From IMG/VR virus record IMGVR_UViG_3300032322_001781: a DNA stretch of 64,000 nucleotides; one strand, written 5' to 3'. Shown here piece by piece: positions 18,499 to 28,200 of the stretch. Both the position numbers and the translations under genes were made by a program. The DNA comes from a virus (Duplodnaviria; Heunggongvirae; Uroviricota; Caudoviricetes). Each line of letters starts with the position of its first letter. The first letter of the stretch is position 1. The notes beneath the pieces are model-generated. The model was not told the DNA's origin. It saw only the letters and a list, made by a program, of their open reading frames with translations, and did no database searches.

Positions 18499-19036
18499 TA
18501 TCAATAACCACATAAAAATCCGATTTGTAATGATTTATTAATTTATCTATTGTATATGTTTTTTTACCTATAGTAATTGTATTTTTTACAAAACTAATAT
18601 TTTTAATATAAACATCAAAACCAATATATTTGTATTCACCCAATAATATTTTATTATGACTTTTTGATGTGCTAAATAAATAAATTGAGTACAATTTAAT
18701 AAACGTTAACACTTCTGATTCTTTTTTTGGTTCTATATATTCTATTTTAAAGAATTTTTGCAAAAAATTGTTAAAGTTTTGTTGTTTGTCTTTTGTCACT
18801 GGAAGTGAACAACCTTTTAACGATATTTCGCTAGCTTTGTGTGAATGTGAAACACTATCAGTTAAAATATTTACTGAATTTTGATTTTTTGCTATTTTTT
18901 CTAAATGTTCAGAATATATCAGGGATTCACAACCATTATTAATTCTATAAATGTTTATAAAGTTTAACATTTCAAAGTCTTGACTATAAGAAGTCATGGT
19001 ATATAAAAGTGAAAAGATAAAAAATACTTTTTTCAT
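18488..19036 (-). CDS. Secreted CAP (SCP/PR-1)-domain protein
   Basis: Signal peptide MKKVFFIFSLLYTMTSYS-Q; CAP motifs INIYRINNG..L...EHLEKIA, SHSH, SKSHNKILLGEYKYIG. Confidence 0.7.
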   Translation of the reverse strand: MKKVFFIFSLLYTMTSYSQDFEMLNFINIYRINNGCESLIYSEHLEKIAKNQNSVNILTDSVSHSHKASEISLKGCSLPVTKDKQQNFNNFLQKFFKIEYIEPKKESEVLTFIKLYSIYLFSTSKSHNKILLGEYKYIGFDVYIKNISFVKNTITIGKKTYTIDKLINHYKSDFYVVIDIKK

Positions 19037-19054
19037 TGTAATTTATTTATAATA

Positions 19055-19085
19055 CAAAGGTAGTTATTTTTTTCTAAATAACAAA
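19055..19085 (-). promoter_or_regulatory. Consensus Bacteroidota sigma70 promoter for the CAP gene
   Basis: Minus strand TTTG (19085-19082)-N19-TACCTTTG (19062-19055). Confidence 0.75.
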
Positions 19086-19173
19086 ATATTTATAAATAAA
19101 TAAAACGATTATCAAAAAAAATAATTTTTGATATATTTATATATAAATAAAAAAAAATTAAAACAAATAGAAC

Positions 19174-19662
19174 ATGGCTGATTTACTAATGAAAATGCCT
19201 TTGCCTTACGAACCTAAGAAAAAGAATCGTTGGCTACTTACTTTCCCTGCTGACCTTGGTATTCAACAATGGTGGTTGGCTTCAGCATCAAGACCTTCAA
19301 TTACACAAAATGAAGTAGAAATTCCTTTTCTTAATACATCTACATGGGTTCTTGGACGTTTTACATGGGAAGCTATTGATGTTACTTTCCGTGACCCAAT
19401 TGGTCCTTCTGCTTCACAAGCAATAATGGAGTGGGTTCGTCTTCACTCTGAATCTATCACAGGTCGTCAAGGTTACGCTGCTGGTTACAAACGTCCAGTT
19501 GAATTAGAATTGCTTGACCCAACTGGTGTTGTGGTTGAGAAGTGGTTGTTGGACGGAACTATGTTAACCAACGTTGGCTTCGGTGACTTATCAATGGATG
19601 ATGATGGTATTGCTGAGATTACCGCTACGTTACGTTTCGATAGGGCTATATTGCTTTTTTGA
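19174..19662 (+). CDS. Tail tube protein (gp19-like)
   Basis: EPKKKNRW, RPSIT, GRFTWEAIDVTFRDPI, IMEW, LLDPTGVVVEKW, ITATLRFD. Confidence 0.93.
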   Translation: MADLLMKMPLPYEPKKKNRWLLTFPADLGIQQWWLASASRPSITQNEVEIPFLNTSTWVLGRFTWEAIDVTFRDPIGPSASQAIMEWVRLHSESITGRQGYAAGYKRPVELELLDPTGVVVEKWLLDGTMLTNVGFGDLSMDDDGIAEITATLRFDRAILLF

Positions 19663-19708
19663 TTTTTATTTAAAATTGCTTTATCAAATTTATCACAAAA
19701 TTTCTTTC

Positions 19709-19751
19709 AAAAAGGATTATTTGGTGCTTATGTACTTAATAATCCTTTTTT
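19709..19751 (+). terminator. Long hairpin terminator after the tube gene
   Basis: AAAAAGGATTATT...AATAATCCTTTTTT 13-bp perfect outer stem. Confidence 0.7.
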
Positions 19752-19825
19752 ATTTACAGCATTTACAAAAAAATTCAACAAACTATATTTATTGTAAAGT
19801 TATAAATTTTTAAAAAAGTTTTAAT

Positions 19826-21118
19826 ATGGATAAAAAACCAAATGTTTTCCCGAACAAGGAACAGAAAGAAGCTGCTGACGAAAGAGCAAAACAAGCTGCT
19901 TTTGAGGCAGAAAAAGCAATGGCAACCAATGAAATATATACAAATTCTATGGTCCAAGAAGACACTCCATTAAATCATATCAATGCGGTTGAACTTATGA
20001 GAATGAGGACTGAGGAACAACTTAAATTAAAAAACCAACAAGGTTTTGTTCAAGACCAATCATTGGCTGAAAAGCCACAAAGACCTGTTATGAATAATTC
20101 GGAAATGGATGAAATTAGAAGAAAATCAGAAGAACAAATGAGACTTCGTGACGAAAATCTAGCTAAAAACGCATCAATGATTCAAAACTATCAAAGACAA
20201 GTTGACGAAGCTTCGGTTAAAAAAAATAATTTACAAAATACAAATCAAGTTATGCAAAATAATACAAATCAACAGTATTCACAACAGTATTCAAGTCCTG
20301 TTCAACAACAAATAACACAACCTCAAAATTTTGGCCAAGTTCCATCAAATGTAAATCCATACATTTATGGGTTGAGTCAACCAGATTTTAACACAGCTTT
20401 TGACGTTATTCCTCTGCCTTCAAAGGGTAAAACATATCCTTCTAAAAAACCAAATATTAGAGTATCATATATGACAACTGCTGATGAAAGTATTTTAACA
20501 AGCCCTAACTTGTTGCAAAGTGGTGAGTTTTTGGAAATTTTAATTAACAGAAAGGTTTTGGAACCAGAATTAAGGTACCGTGATTTGTTGGTTGGTGATA
20601 GAAATGCTATTATGATTTGGTTGAGGGCCACGGCTTATGGGGAAAATTATGCTGTTACTTTATTGGATGAAAATGATAACCCTTTTGATACTGAAATTAA
20701 TCTTAATTCTTTATCATTTAAAAATCTAGGGGCTGAGCCAGATGCTGAAGGGTTGTTTGATTTTGTGTTTCCAGTTAGTAAACATAGAATAAAATTTAGA
20801 TTCTTAACATGTGGTGATATTGAAGATATTGAAAAGCAGTTAGAACAAGATAAATTGAATGAGATTCCAATTAATAAAAATTCAACCTATACAATGCAAA
20901 AAATGATTGTTGAGGTAAATGGAAGCAGAGATAAAAATATGATTAATGATTATGTTGAATCTATTAGGATTCGTGATTCAAAAGAATTTGTAAAATATGT
21001 TAACTCGATTGAGTCTGGTGTTGATTTGACCTTAAAGGTTGGAACCCCTGGAGGTGGTTCCGTTGATACCTTTCTTCCAATTAACCTCAACTTTTTTTGG
21101 CCTGACTTCAGAATTTAA
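19826..21118 (+). CDS. Tail assembly chaperone / gp26-like baseplate hub assembly protein with Gln-rich N-terminal extension
   Basis: C-terminal PLPSKGKTY..YMTTADESIL..LLVGDRNAIMIWLRATAYG..FFWP; located between tube and tape measure. Confidence 0.65.
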   Translation: MDKKPNVFPNKEQKEAADERAKQAAFEAEKAMATNEIYTNSMVQEDTPLNHINAVELMRMRTEEQLKLKNQQGFVQDQSLAEKPQRPVMNNSEMDEIRRKSEEQMRLRDENLAKNASMIQNYQRQVDEASVKKNNLQNTNQVMQNNTNQQYSQQYSSPVQQQITQPQNFGQVPSNVNPYIYGLSQPDFNTAFDVIPLPSKGKTYPSKKPNIRVSYMTTADESILTSPNLLQSGEFLEILINRKVLEPELRYRDLLVGDRNAIMIWLRATAYGENYAVTLLDENDNPFDTEINLNSLSFKNLGAEPDAEGLFDFVFPVSKHRIKFRFLTCGDIEDIEKQLEQDKLNEIPINKNSTYTMQKMIVEVNGSRDKNMINDYVESIRIRDSKEFVKYVNSIESGVDLTLKVGTPGGGSVDTFLPINLNFFWPDFRI

Positions 21119-21377
21119 ACAATACTTATTGGAAGAGATATGGATTTGTACACAATATATGCAAAACATGCCATACTCTAATGTATTGAATATGCCAACA
21201 CATGAAAGGAGATTTTATATTGGTCGTTTAAATAGAGATTCTGAAATTAAACAAGAGCAATATGAAAAAATGGAAGAAGAACAGAGTAATAAAAACGCAA
21301 AAGGGTCTAGGTCAACAAAATTAAGTGGTAACGCATTAAAAACAAAACTAAAAACTGGTGAAATACCACTAAAATAA
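21093..21377 (+). CDS. Probable frameshift extension (GT-like) of the tail chaperone
   Basis: +1 frame overlapping the upstream gene end at a T7 tract; reads FFGLTSEFKQYLLEEIW...VLNMPTHERRFYI. Confidence 0.55.
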   Translation, partial: FFGLTSEFKQYLLEEIWICTQYMQNMPYSNVLNMPTHERRFYIGRLNRDSEIKQEQYEKMEEEQSNKNAKGSRSTKLSGNALKTKLKTGEIPLK

Positions 21378-21378
21378 T

Positions 21379-21404
21379 AAAATCCCCTTTATTTGGGGAT
21401 TTTT
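21379..21404 (+). terminator. Intrinsic terminator
   Basis: AAAATCCCC-TTTATTT-GGGGATTTTT. Confidence 0.75.
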
Positions 21405-21443
21405 AATTTAATAGATATTTATTGAAAGGAACAAATTAATATC

Positions 21444-22523
21444 ATGAATAAAAATATATCAGAAGCTGTTAAGATTGACGATAACGTTAAAACAAAGCTT
21501 GGGGAAAGACTTATGGAATTATTTGGTTTGTTAGGTAAAAACAAATCAATTGAATTTACTCTTATGAGTGGTACAAAAATTGTTTTAAGATGTATTAAAG
21601 CAGCTGAACCAAATTTTGTTTTTGAAGTACTTTTAGATGATAAAAAGTTTTTATGTAAATGGGATAATCTTCAACTTATGTTAAAGATAGGAAATAAAAA
21701 CGATAAAAACCCAATTGGAAAGTATAATTTAAATCAAAATGTAATAAAACCTTCTAATAAAAAAGAAGATGCGTTTACTTTAGTTTTTGTTTCGACAAAC
21801 GAAAAAGGTGAAAAAGGTAATTCTAATTTTAATAATATTATAAATATAGCTCAGTCTAGCTTAAGTGAGGATAAAACTAAGTGTAATGAAACAGAACCAG
21901 AAGAACCAAAAAAACCAGAAGAACCAAAAAAACCAGAAAGTGATTCTCAAGATGAAGTAAATTCAATTGACCCTAAAGCTTTATATGATTCTATAGTTAA
22001 TGACCCAGTAATGAAAACAGCTTTTTATAAGCAACCTTCATTATGGAATTATTTGGTCGCAATTGTTAAGGGTGAAAAACCAAGAGGTAGTGGACTTGTT
22101 TCTGCTGCTGATATAGTGTCTGATTATAGACGAAGTAAAATTGGTAGAGAAATTGGACCTGATTTTGATAATTTTGTGGACAATAAAGAATTAACTTATG
22201 AAATACTATCACCGCAAGAAATTGTTTTCGAACCAAGTACAGAAGGTGGTCAACAAATAATTTATAAAATTAACAATGAATATAAAGCAAAAGTTTTGCC
22301 AATAGGATTTGATGATGAAAAAAAAACTTTAGAAGTAAAAAAAGATGGCGTTTCTATCATAATCAGGTCAAAAAACAAAAATGAAAGAACTGAATATCCT
22401 TTTAATGTTTTGTTTGTTAAAAAATATGATACTGGTGAAGAAAAACAATTTGACGCTGTAATTGATATTAAAAATGTCAAAGGTAGTGGTTTTTATAAAA
22501 AAGAAGCAGAAAACAATAACTAA
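21444..22523 (+). CDS. Hypothetical late protein, two regions joined by a PEEPKK linker
   Basis: 359-aa ORF with upstream TATTTAT motif; TAATG coupled to the tape measure gene. Confidence 0.65.
   Translation: MNKNISEAVKIDDNVKTKLGERLMELFGLLGKNKSIEFTLMSGTKIVLRCIKAAEPNFVFEVLLDDKKFLCKWDNLQLMLKIGNKNDKNPIGKYNLNQNVIKPSNKKEDAFTLVFVSTNEKGEKGNSNFNNIINIAQSSLSEDKTKCNETEPEEPKKPEEPKKPESDSQDEVNSIDPKALYDSIVNDPVMKTAFYKQPSLWNYLVAIVKGEKPRGSGLVSAADIVSDYRRSKIGREIGPDFDNFVDNKELTYEILSPQEIVFEPSTEGGQQIIYKINNEYKAKVLPIGFDDEKKTLEVKKDGVSIIIRSKNKNERTEYPFNVLFVKKYDTGEEKQFDAVIDIKNVKGSGFYKKEAENNN
21897..21938 (+). repeat. 18-bp tandem repeat (about 2.3 copies) encoding PEEPKK
   Basis: CCAGAAGAACCAAAAAAA twice plus CCAGAA. 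Confidence 0.85.
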
Positions 22524-24970
22524 TGACACCAGAAGAAAAAAAAGCGGCTGAAGAAGCAAAAAAAGCGGCTAAAGAAGCCGTACAACAATTAGAAAAAGAG
22601 GCTGAACTTAGGAAGAGGATTGCTGAATCTTCTGGTGAGTATGTTAAGTTAATGAAAGACTTAAAAAATCTTAATAAAGATATAAATACAGTCACTCAAC
22701 AGATAGAACAAGTAACCGCAAGGTTAGCAACAACTCTTACACCTGAACAAACGGCCATAGAAACTGAAAAACTTAATATACTACAAGAACAATTAGCTGT
22801 ATTAAACGATACTCAAAAAACATATACAAAGGTAATAAAAGAAACCAATAAGTATGCAAAGTCTTTAGCAGCTCTTGGAATGGCGGCAAAGGATGTTAAA
22901 TCAATATATTCAACTATTTCTGGTGGTTATAGTAAGTTTAAATCATGGAGTGGGCTTTTTGAAGTAGATAAATCAATAAGGACCGCTTCTACTAGCATGG
23001 GTTTGCTTGGAACCAGAAGTGACATGTTTAGAAAAAACCTACAATTAGCGGCTGGTCAAACAACAATATTTGGTGCTGACATTAAAGAACTGGCTGAAAT
23101 ACAAGGTACTTTTAGTGATGAACTTGGTAGAGCTTCTCTTCTTAGTTCAGAAGCGTTAGTATCAATAGCTAAAATTGGAAGGGGGACAGGTATTGGTGCT
23201 GAAGGTGCTGCTAAAATGGCGGCTGACTTTGAAAATCAAGGCATCTCAGCAGAAAGAACGGCAAAGTTTATTCAACAAGTTGTTGATGATACGTCTAGAA
23301 TGGGTATTAACTCAAGCAAAGTTGTAAAGAACATTCAGCAAAACGTTAAGTTGCTTAATAAATACAATTTTAAAGATGGGGCTAAAGGTTTGGCTAAAAT
23401 GGCTGAAAGGGCTGCTAAACTTGGAATTGATATGAATATTACGTCTAGTATGGCTGAGAAGTTATTTGACCTTGAAGGCGCTGTAGATATGTCGGCACAG
23501 CTTCAAGTTTTGGGAGGTGAATGGTCTAAATTGGCTGACCCATTTAAACTTATGTATATGGCCAGAAATGATATGGATGGGTTAGAAGAATCGGTAATAA
23601 ATGCAACAACAGCATCAGCAACTTTTAATGAAAAAAATGGAGAATTTGAGATTGGGGCGATGGAAATGCAAAGACTTAGAAAAGTTGCTGAAGCAGCTAA
23701 CTTGGATTTTGAAAAATTAGCTGATACAGCAAAAAAAACAGCTAAAGCTGTTGGAAAAAGAAATCAAATCAGATATAATTTTGACCCTGAAACAAAAGAA
23801 TTTATTGAAAACACATCAACATTAAATGAAAAGGGTGAAGCTGTAATACAACTACAAAGTGGTTCTAAATTGGTTAAACAATTGAATCAAGCTGATAAAT
23901 CAGCTATTGAGGCAGCTATTAAAGAAAAAGCAAGTTTAGAAAAAAGGGCACAAGAAGCACTAACTTTTGATGAAACCCTTTCAAATGTAGTTATTCAATT
24001 TAAACAACTTTTATTACCTTTCTTAGAAGCTTTTGATACGGCTTTTAGACCAGTTGCTGTCAAGCTTGCAGAAGTTTTATCTGATAAAAATGTATTAAAA
24101 GGAATTGCAGAAACGGCAAAAATAGCAGCAGATTTAATGGGTTTTGTTGGTAAATTTATTGCTGAAAACCCATTAAAATCAATAGCAATAGCTATTGGAG
24201 GTTTAGGATTGTTTGAAGTTGTTAAATGGACTACCATGGGTTTTTCCTTTGGTTCTGGTTTCATGGCATCTGTAACGGGGTCGGGGTTTGCTTCGTTAAT
24301 TGGAACTGGATTTGCTAAAGTAGCTGGACCTATATTAGGTATATCAATTGGTACCATGCTTGGTAAAAGTTTAGGTAAAAATATATCTCAAAAATTAGGC
24401 AATAAAGATACTGAAACTGGTGATATAAGTAGTATAGTTGGCGGTGTTGGTTTAGGTGCTGCTGGATGGGCATTAGGTGCTGCTTTAGCACCCGCAACTG
24501 GAGGTCTTTCTTTATTAATACCAGCAGCTGCTGCTTTAGGTGGTGCAACTATTGGTAGTGGCGCTGGAAAAGTAATTGGTGATTATGCAGCTTCTGATGC
24601 TGTATTTACAGCACCCATAAGCGATGGTATGTCAGAAGGTGATTATTACACCAAAAAATTTGGAACTAATTATACTAAAAAGAGAGGAATTATTGATGGC
24701 GGTAAAATAACACCAATTGATAATAAAGATGATATTCTTGCAATGAAACCAGGTGGAATTGTTGATAAGGTAATGTCAAAAAATACTGGTGTAAATACTG
24801 TTAAACATGAATTTGGTACCTTGAATATAAGTGGTGAAATAACATTAAATGTTCCTGGAAATGAGAAAATAAACATTAATTTGGCAAAAAGTCCTGAATT
24901 TGTTAGAGAAATAACCAGAATGGTACATGTTGAAGCTGCTAAAATTAAAAATCAAATACAAAAAGGATAA
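22523..24970 (+). CDS. Tail tape measure protein
   Basis: Ala/Lys-rich helical coiled coil with C-terminal Gly-rich hydrophobic segments; position after tube and chaperone, before baseplate genes. Confidence 0.75.
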   Translation: MTPEEKKAAEEAKKAAKEAVQQLEKEAELRKRIAESSGEYVKLMKDLKNLNKDINTVTQQIEQVTARLATTLTPEQTAIETEKLNILQEQLAVLNDTQKTYTKVIKETNKYAKSLAALGMAAKDVKSIYSTISGGYSKFKSWSGLFEVDKSIRTASTSMGLLGTRSDMFRKNLQLAAGQTTIFGADIKELAEIQGTFSDELGRASLLSSEALVSIAKIGRGTGIGAEGAAKMAADFENQGISAERTAKFIQQVVDDTSRMGINSSKVVKNIQQNVKLLNKYNFKDGAKGLAKMAERAAKLGIDMNITSSMAEKLFDLEGAVDMSAQLQVLGGEWSKLADPFKLMYMARNDMDGLEESVINATTASATFNEKNGEFEIGAMEMQRLRKVAEAANLDFEKLADTAKKTAKAVGKRNQIRYNFDPETKEFIENTSTLNEKGEAVIQLQSGSKLVKQLNQADKSAIEAAIKEKASLEKRAQEALTFDETLSNVVIQFKQLLLPFLEAFDTAFRPVAVKLAEVLSDKNVLKGIAETAKIAADLMGFVGKFIAENPLKSIAIAIGGLGLFEVVKWTTMGFSFGSGFMASVTGSGFASLIGTGFAKVAGPILGISIGTMLGKSLGKNISQKLGNKDTETGDISSIVGGVGLGAAGWALGAALAPATGGLSLLIPAAAALGGATIGSGAGKVIGDYAASDAVFTAPISDGMSEGDYYTKKFGTNYTKKRGIIDGGKITPIDNKDDILAMKPGGIVDKVMSKNTGVNTVKHEFGTLNISGEITLNVPGNEKININLAKSPEFVREITRMVHVEAAKIKNQIQKG

Positions 24971-25054
24971 TTAATTAGTTTGATTATCAACATTTTAGTA
25001 ATTTTTTTCTAAAATAGACTTGACTTTATCAAAAAAAAACGGTTTATTTGCATT

Positions 25055-25086
25055 ATAATATAATAATATAATAATATAATAATATA
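25055..25086. repeat. Four perfect tandem ATAATATA copies in a near-pure A/T intergenic tract
   Basis: Read directly from the sequence. Confidence 0.85.
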
Positions 25087-25129
25087 TAAAATATAATAAT
25101 ATAAAATGTTTTATATTAAAAAATATAAT

Positions 25130-25153
25130 AAGGCACTAACTGTGCCTTTTTTT
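25130..25153 (+). terminator. Intrinsic terminator
   Basis: AAGGCAC-TAACT-GTGCCTT followed by a T tract. Confidence 0.75.
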
Positions 25154-25228
25154 ATTTCATACATATCCTAATCATTTATTTTAATAAAAATTATGGTACA
25201 ATAGTATTTATATACAAAATAAGATACT

Positions 25229-28200
25229 ATGGCTTTTCCATTTTATAATACGTCAGCACCATCACCAAGTACCAAAAATAGTATAACCAATACTGCTACT
25301 GGTCTTGGGTATAGAGACTTTTTATTAAACAAAAATTTATTACCACAATATCCTTTCTTATCAACATCAATAAATGGTGGTCCTAGAATTGGTGAACCTG
25401 TTTTAGATACTAGTATAAATGGAAATGCCAACGTAGTTCCATTTGGTTTACCACTTGAAACAGAAGGTTTATTAAGATATTCAATAGCAATTTTACCAAA
25501 TCAATATAAAGATGATGAACCAACATCACCTTCATTATTTGATATAGAATATATTCAAAAGACTCAAGGTGTTTTTGGTAATGTTGATTTTCCTCAAGGA
25601 ATACAATCATACCCAACAACAGCAAGCCAACAAGTAACTCAATATGGTTTATTTGGTAAAACCAATTATGCTGAGTTTAGGAAAGACTTAACTTTATTTA
25701 ATTTATATGTTGATACAGCAAAACAAATTGATATGGCTGATTTCATATCATTACAGCCAGCTGGATTCTCTCAACAGTTAGATAGTTATTTGGATGTATT
25801 TGGTGGTTTAAATGGTGGTGGTAATGCTGGTGTTCAAGCTGCAAATATCATAGGTAGTATATTGGACGGTAATGGTTTAGGGTTAGCCAAAGGTGGTGTT
25901 GTAACCAATTATGATGTTAGAGCCTCGTTAGTAGGTAGAGTTTTAGGTGCCACTGGTTTAATCAATGACACAAAATTGGGTTTGATTGGTGGTCAACAAT
26001 TAGCATTGGCTTTGGCTAACAATGCTGCTTTTAACATTCAAGAAGATTTGCTTGGTGCGTTGAATGTTGAAGAAAATGTTTTAAGTTTGATTAAGACTGG
26101 TAACCTATCTGGATTTAGACCAAATTATACAATCACCGTACCAGGTAGTCTAGGTGGACGTATAGCTGATTATACATCAAGAGTATTAGGGTTTCAAGTA
26201 CCAATTAGTTATTTAAATGAAGCAGGTTCTATATTTCTATCAGAAAGCAATTCGGGTAATATTGAAAGAGCCAATTCAATGATTTTAAATACTGGTAAAG
26301 GTCAGATACAATCTTTGATAGCTAATGTAAACGCTAGTTTAATTGGTACAACAGAAAACGACAACCCTTCAACAACACCTTTTAGAAGTGGTTATGTTCC
26401 AGGATATTTAGATAATAGAGGCAGAAAAGCTATAAATCCAAATTTATATGCTTTTTATGATGCAGATAAAGGTACCATATATCCTTTTGCAATACCAGAC
26501 CCAAATAGTATTATACCTGAAATAAGTTATAACAGAAGTGAAATGATTAGCGAGTATGATTTTCAATCACCAGAAGAAAATAAGGATGGGTTTATTGCTG
26601 GACAACCAAATACAACCTCAACATATGATAATCGAAAAATAAGTGATATAAGTTTTTCTTGGGGAAGTTTTATTGGTGGAAATGTGAACTCAAATGCAGA
26701 CTATGCAAATATAAACGGTAATAAAAAATCTTTATTGGTTAAAACACAAAAATTATTTGATAGTAAGGGTATGAAAAATATCATTAGTGTTAAAGGTGAT
26801 AAAGACAAACACTCAAGTCAAATAGAAACAGCAAATAACGGAATGATTTCAAAAGGTAGTGCTGTTGTAAGTGGAGACTTATATAGTGAAGATGGTACTA
26901 TAATAAATAAAGGTGCAACAGCCGAAAACACATATTGTAGAAGTTGGACTACATTAGATAGGTATGACACTGTTTCCAAGATGGTTAGAAACTCTGGATT
27001 AACTGAAACATCTAAATTATTTGGTGATTCTTATTTCAGATTCAAGACCGTAAATTCAACATTAGATAGCAATGGGTTTGTTAAGATAGCGCCTTATATT
27101 GATGATAAATATAGTGTTTACGATAGCAAAGGAAATCAGACTAGCATTTCAGACCCAAAAAATTATATGTTGTCAATTGAAAACTTAGCATGGTATAGTC
27201 AGGAAGCTAATTTACCACCAGTAGAAGTTGGTCCAGGCGATTTGATTACTGAAACAAAAGGTAGAATAATGTGGTTCCCACCTTATAATATTCAATTTAA
27301 CGAATCCGCTTCTGTTAATTGGGAAGCAACAAATTTTATTGGTAGAGGTGAACCTGTTTATACTTATAATAACACAGAAAGAACTGCATCGTTATCTTTT
27401 AGTATAATTGTAGACCATTCTAGCTATATGAATTCATTTAGAGGTGCTCTAGGTCCAAGTGATAATTATGTTGCTTCTTTTGTTGCAGGTTGTGTTGAAC
27501 CTAATAACAGATTTGCTGAAAGACTTACCGTATCAGAAATTAGCTCAATTGTTGAAAGAGAAGTTCAAGAACCTCAACAACAAGTTTTAGACACACCAAT
27601 ACCAGACCCACTTAGATTTGATATATACTATCCAAATGAAGCTTATGATGTAAATTATGCTATAACTAGTGGTTATGAAAATGGTTTAGATAATAATTTT
27701 AATAATGGTAATTCTATAATAGGTACAAATCGTAGAGACCCTCCTGGTCTTGGATATGGTCTTGATTTTACAATAGGTCAATTAACTGGTATACCATACA
27801 ATGACCATACAAATTTTGGTTTTAATAGTGCTGAAATAGTAATAGATGGGGTTGAATATAGTGGTGTTTCTGACATTAATTTATATAATGGTTTATCTAC
27901 ATATATGAACGGAAAATGTAAGTATTGTAAAATAACTATAACTTCATATGCTAACGCACAAGGCACGAAAGAAAATAATCAAAAATTAATTGAAGAAAGA
28001 AATAAATCCGCTTCTAATTTTTTAAAAACTTTTATAGATGGAATTGATAATAGAATTACAACAGAAGTTGGGATATTAGACCCAACAGAAGCAGAATTAT
28101 GTACCGATATTAACGATGATGACATAGGTCCATGTAAAATATATAGAGTATCAAGGATTGTTATAGAGTATGATGTTAACTTGGCTATTCAAGATAAGGT

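Noticed and set aside
19574-19813. 79-aa ORF overlapping the tube gene end as a possible frameshift extension
   Set aside because: It runs through the terminator hairpin and the next late motif, has no protein-like features, and the T-run abuts the natural stop.
24971-25228. tRNA or other structured RNA gene in intergenic gaps
   Set aside because: No cloverleaf or T-loop motif; the gaps are too AT-rich apart from terminator hairpins.
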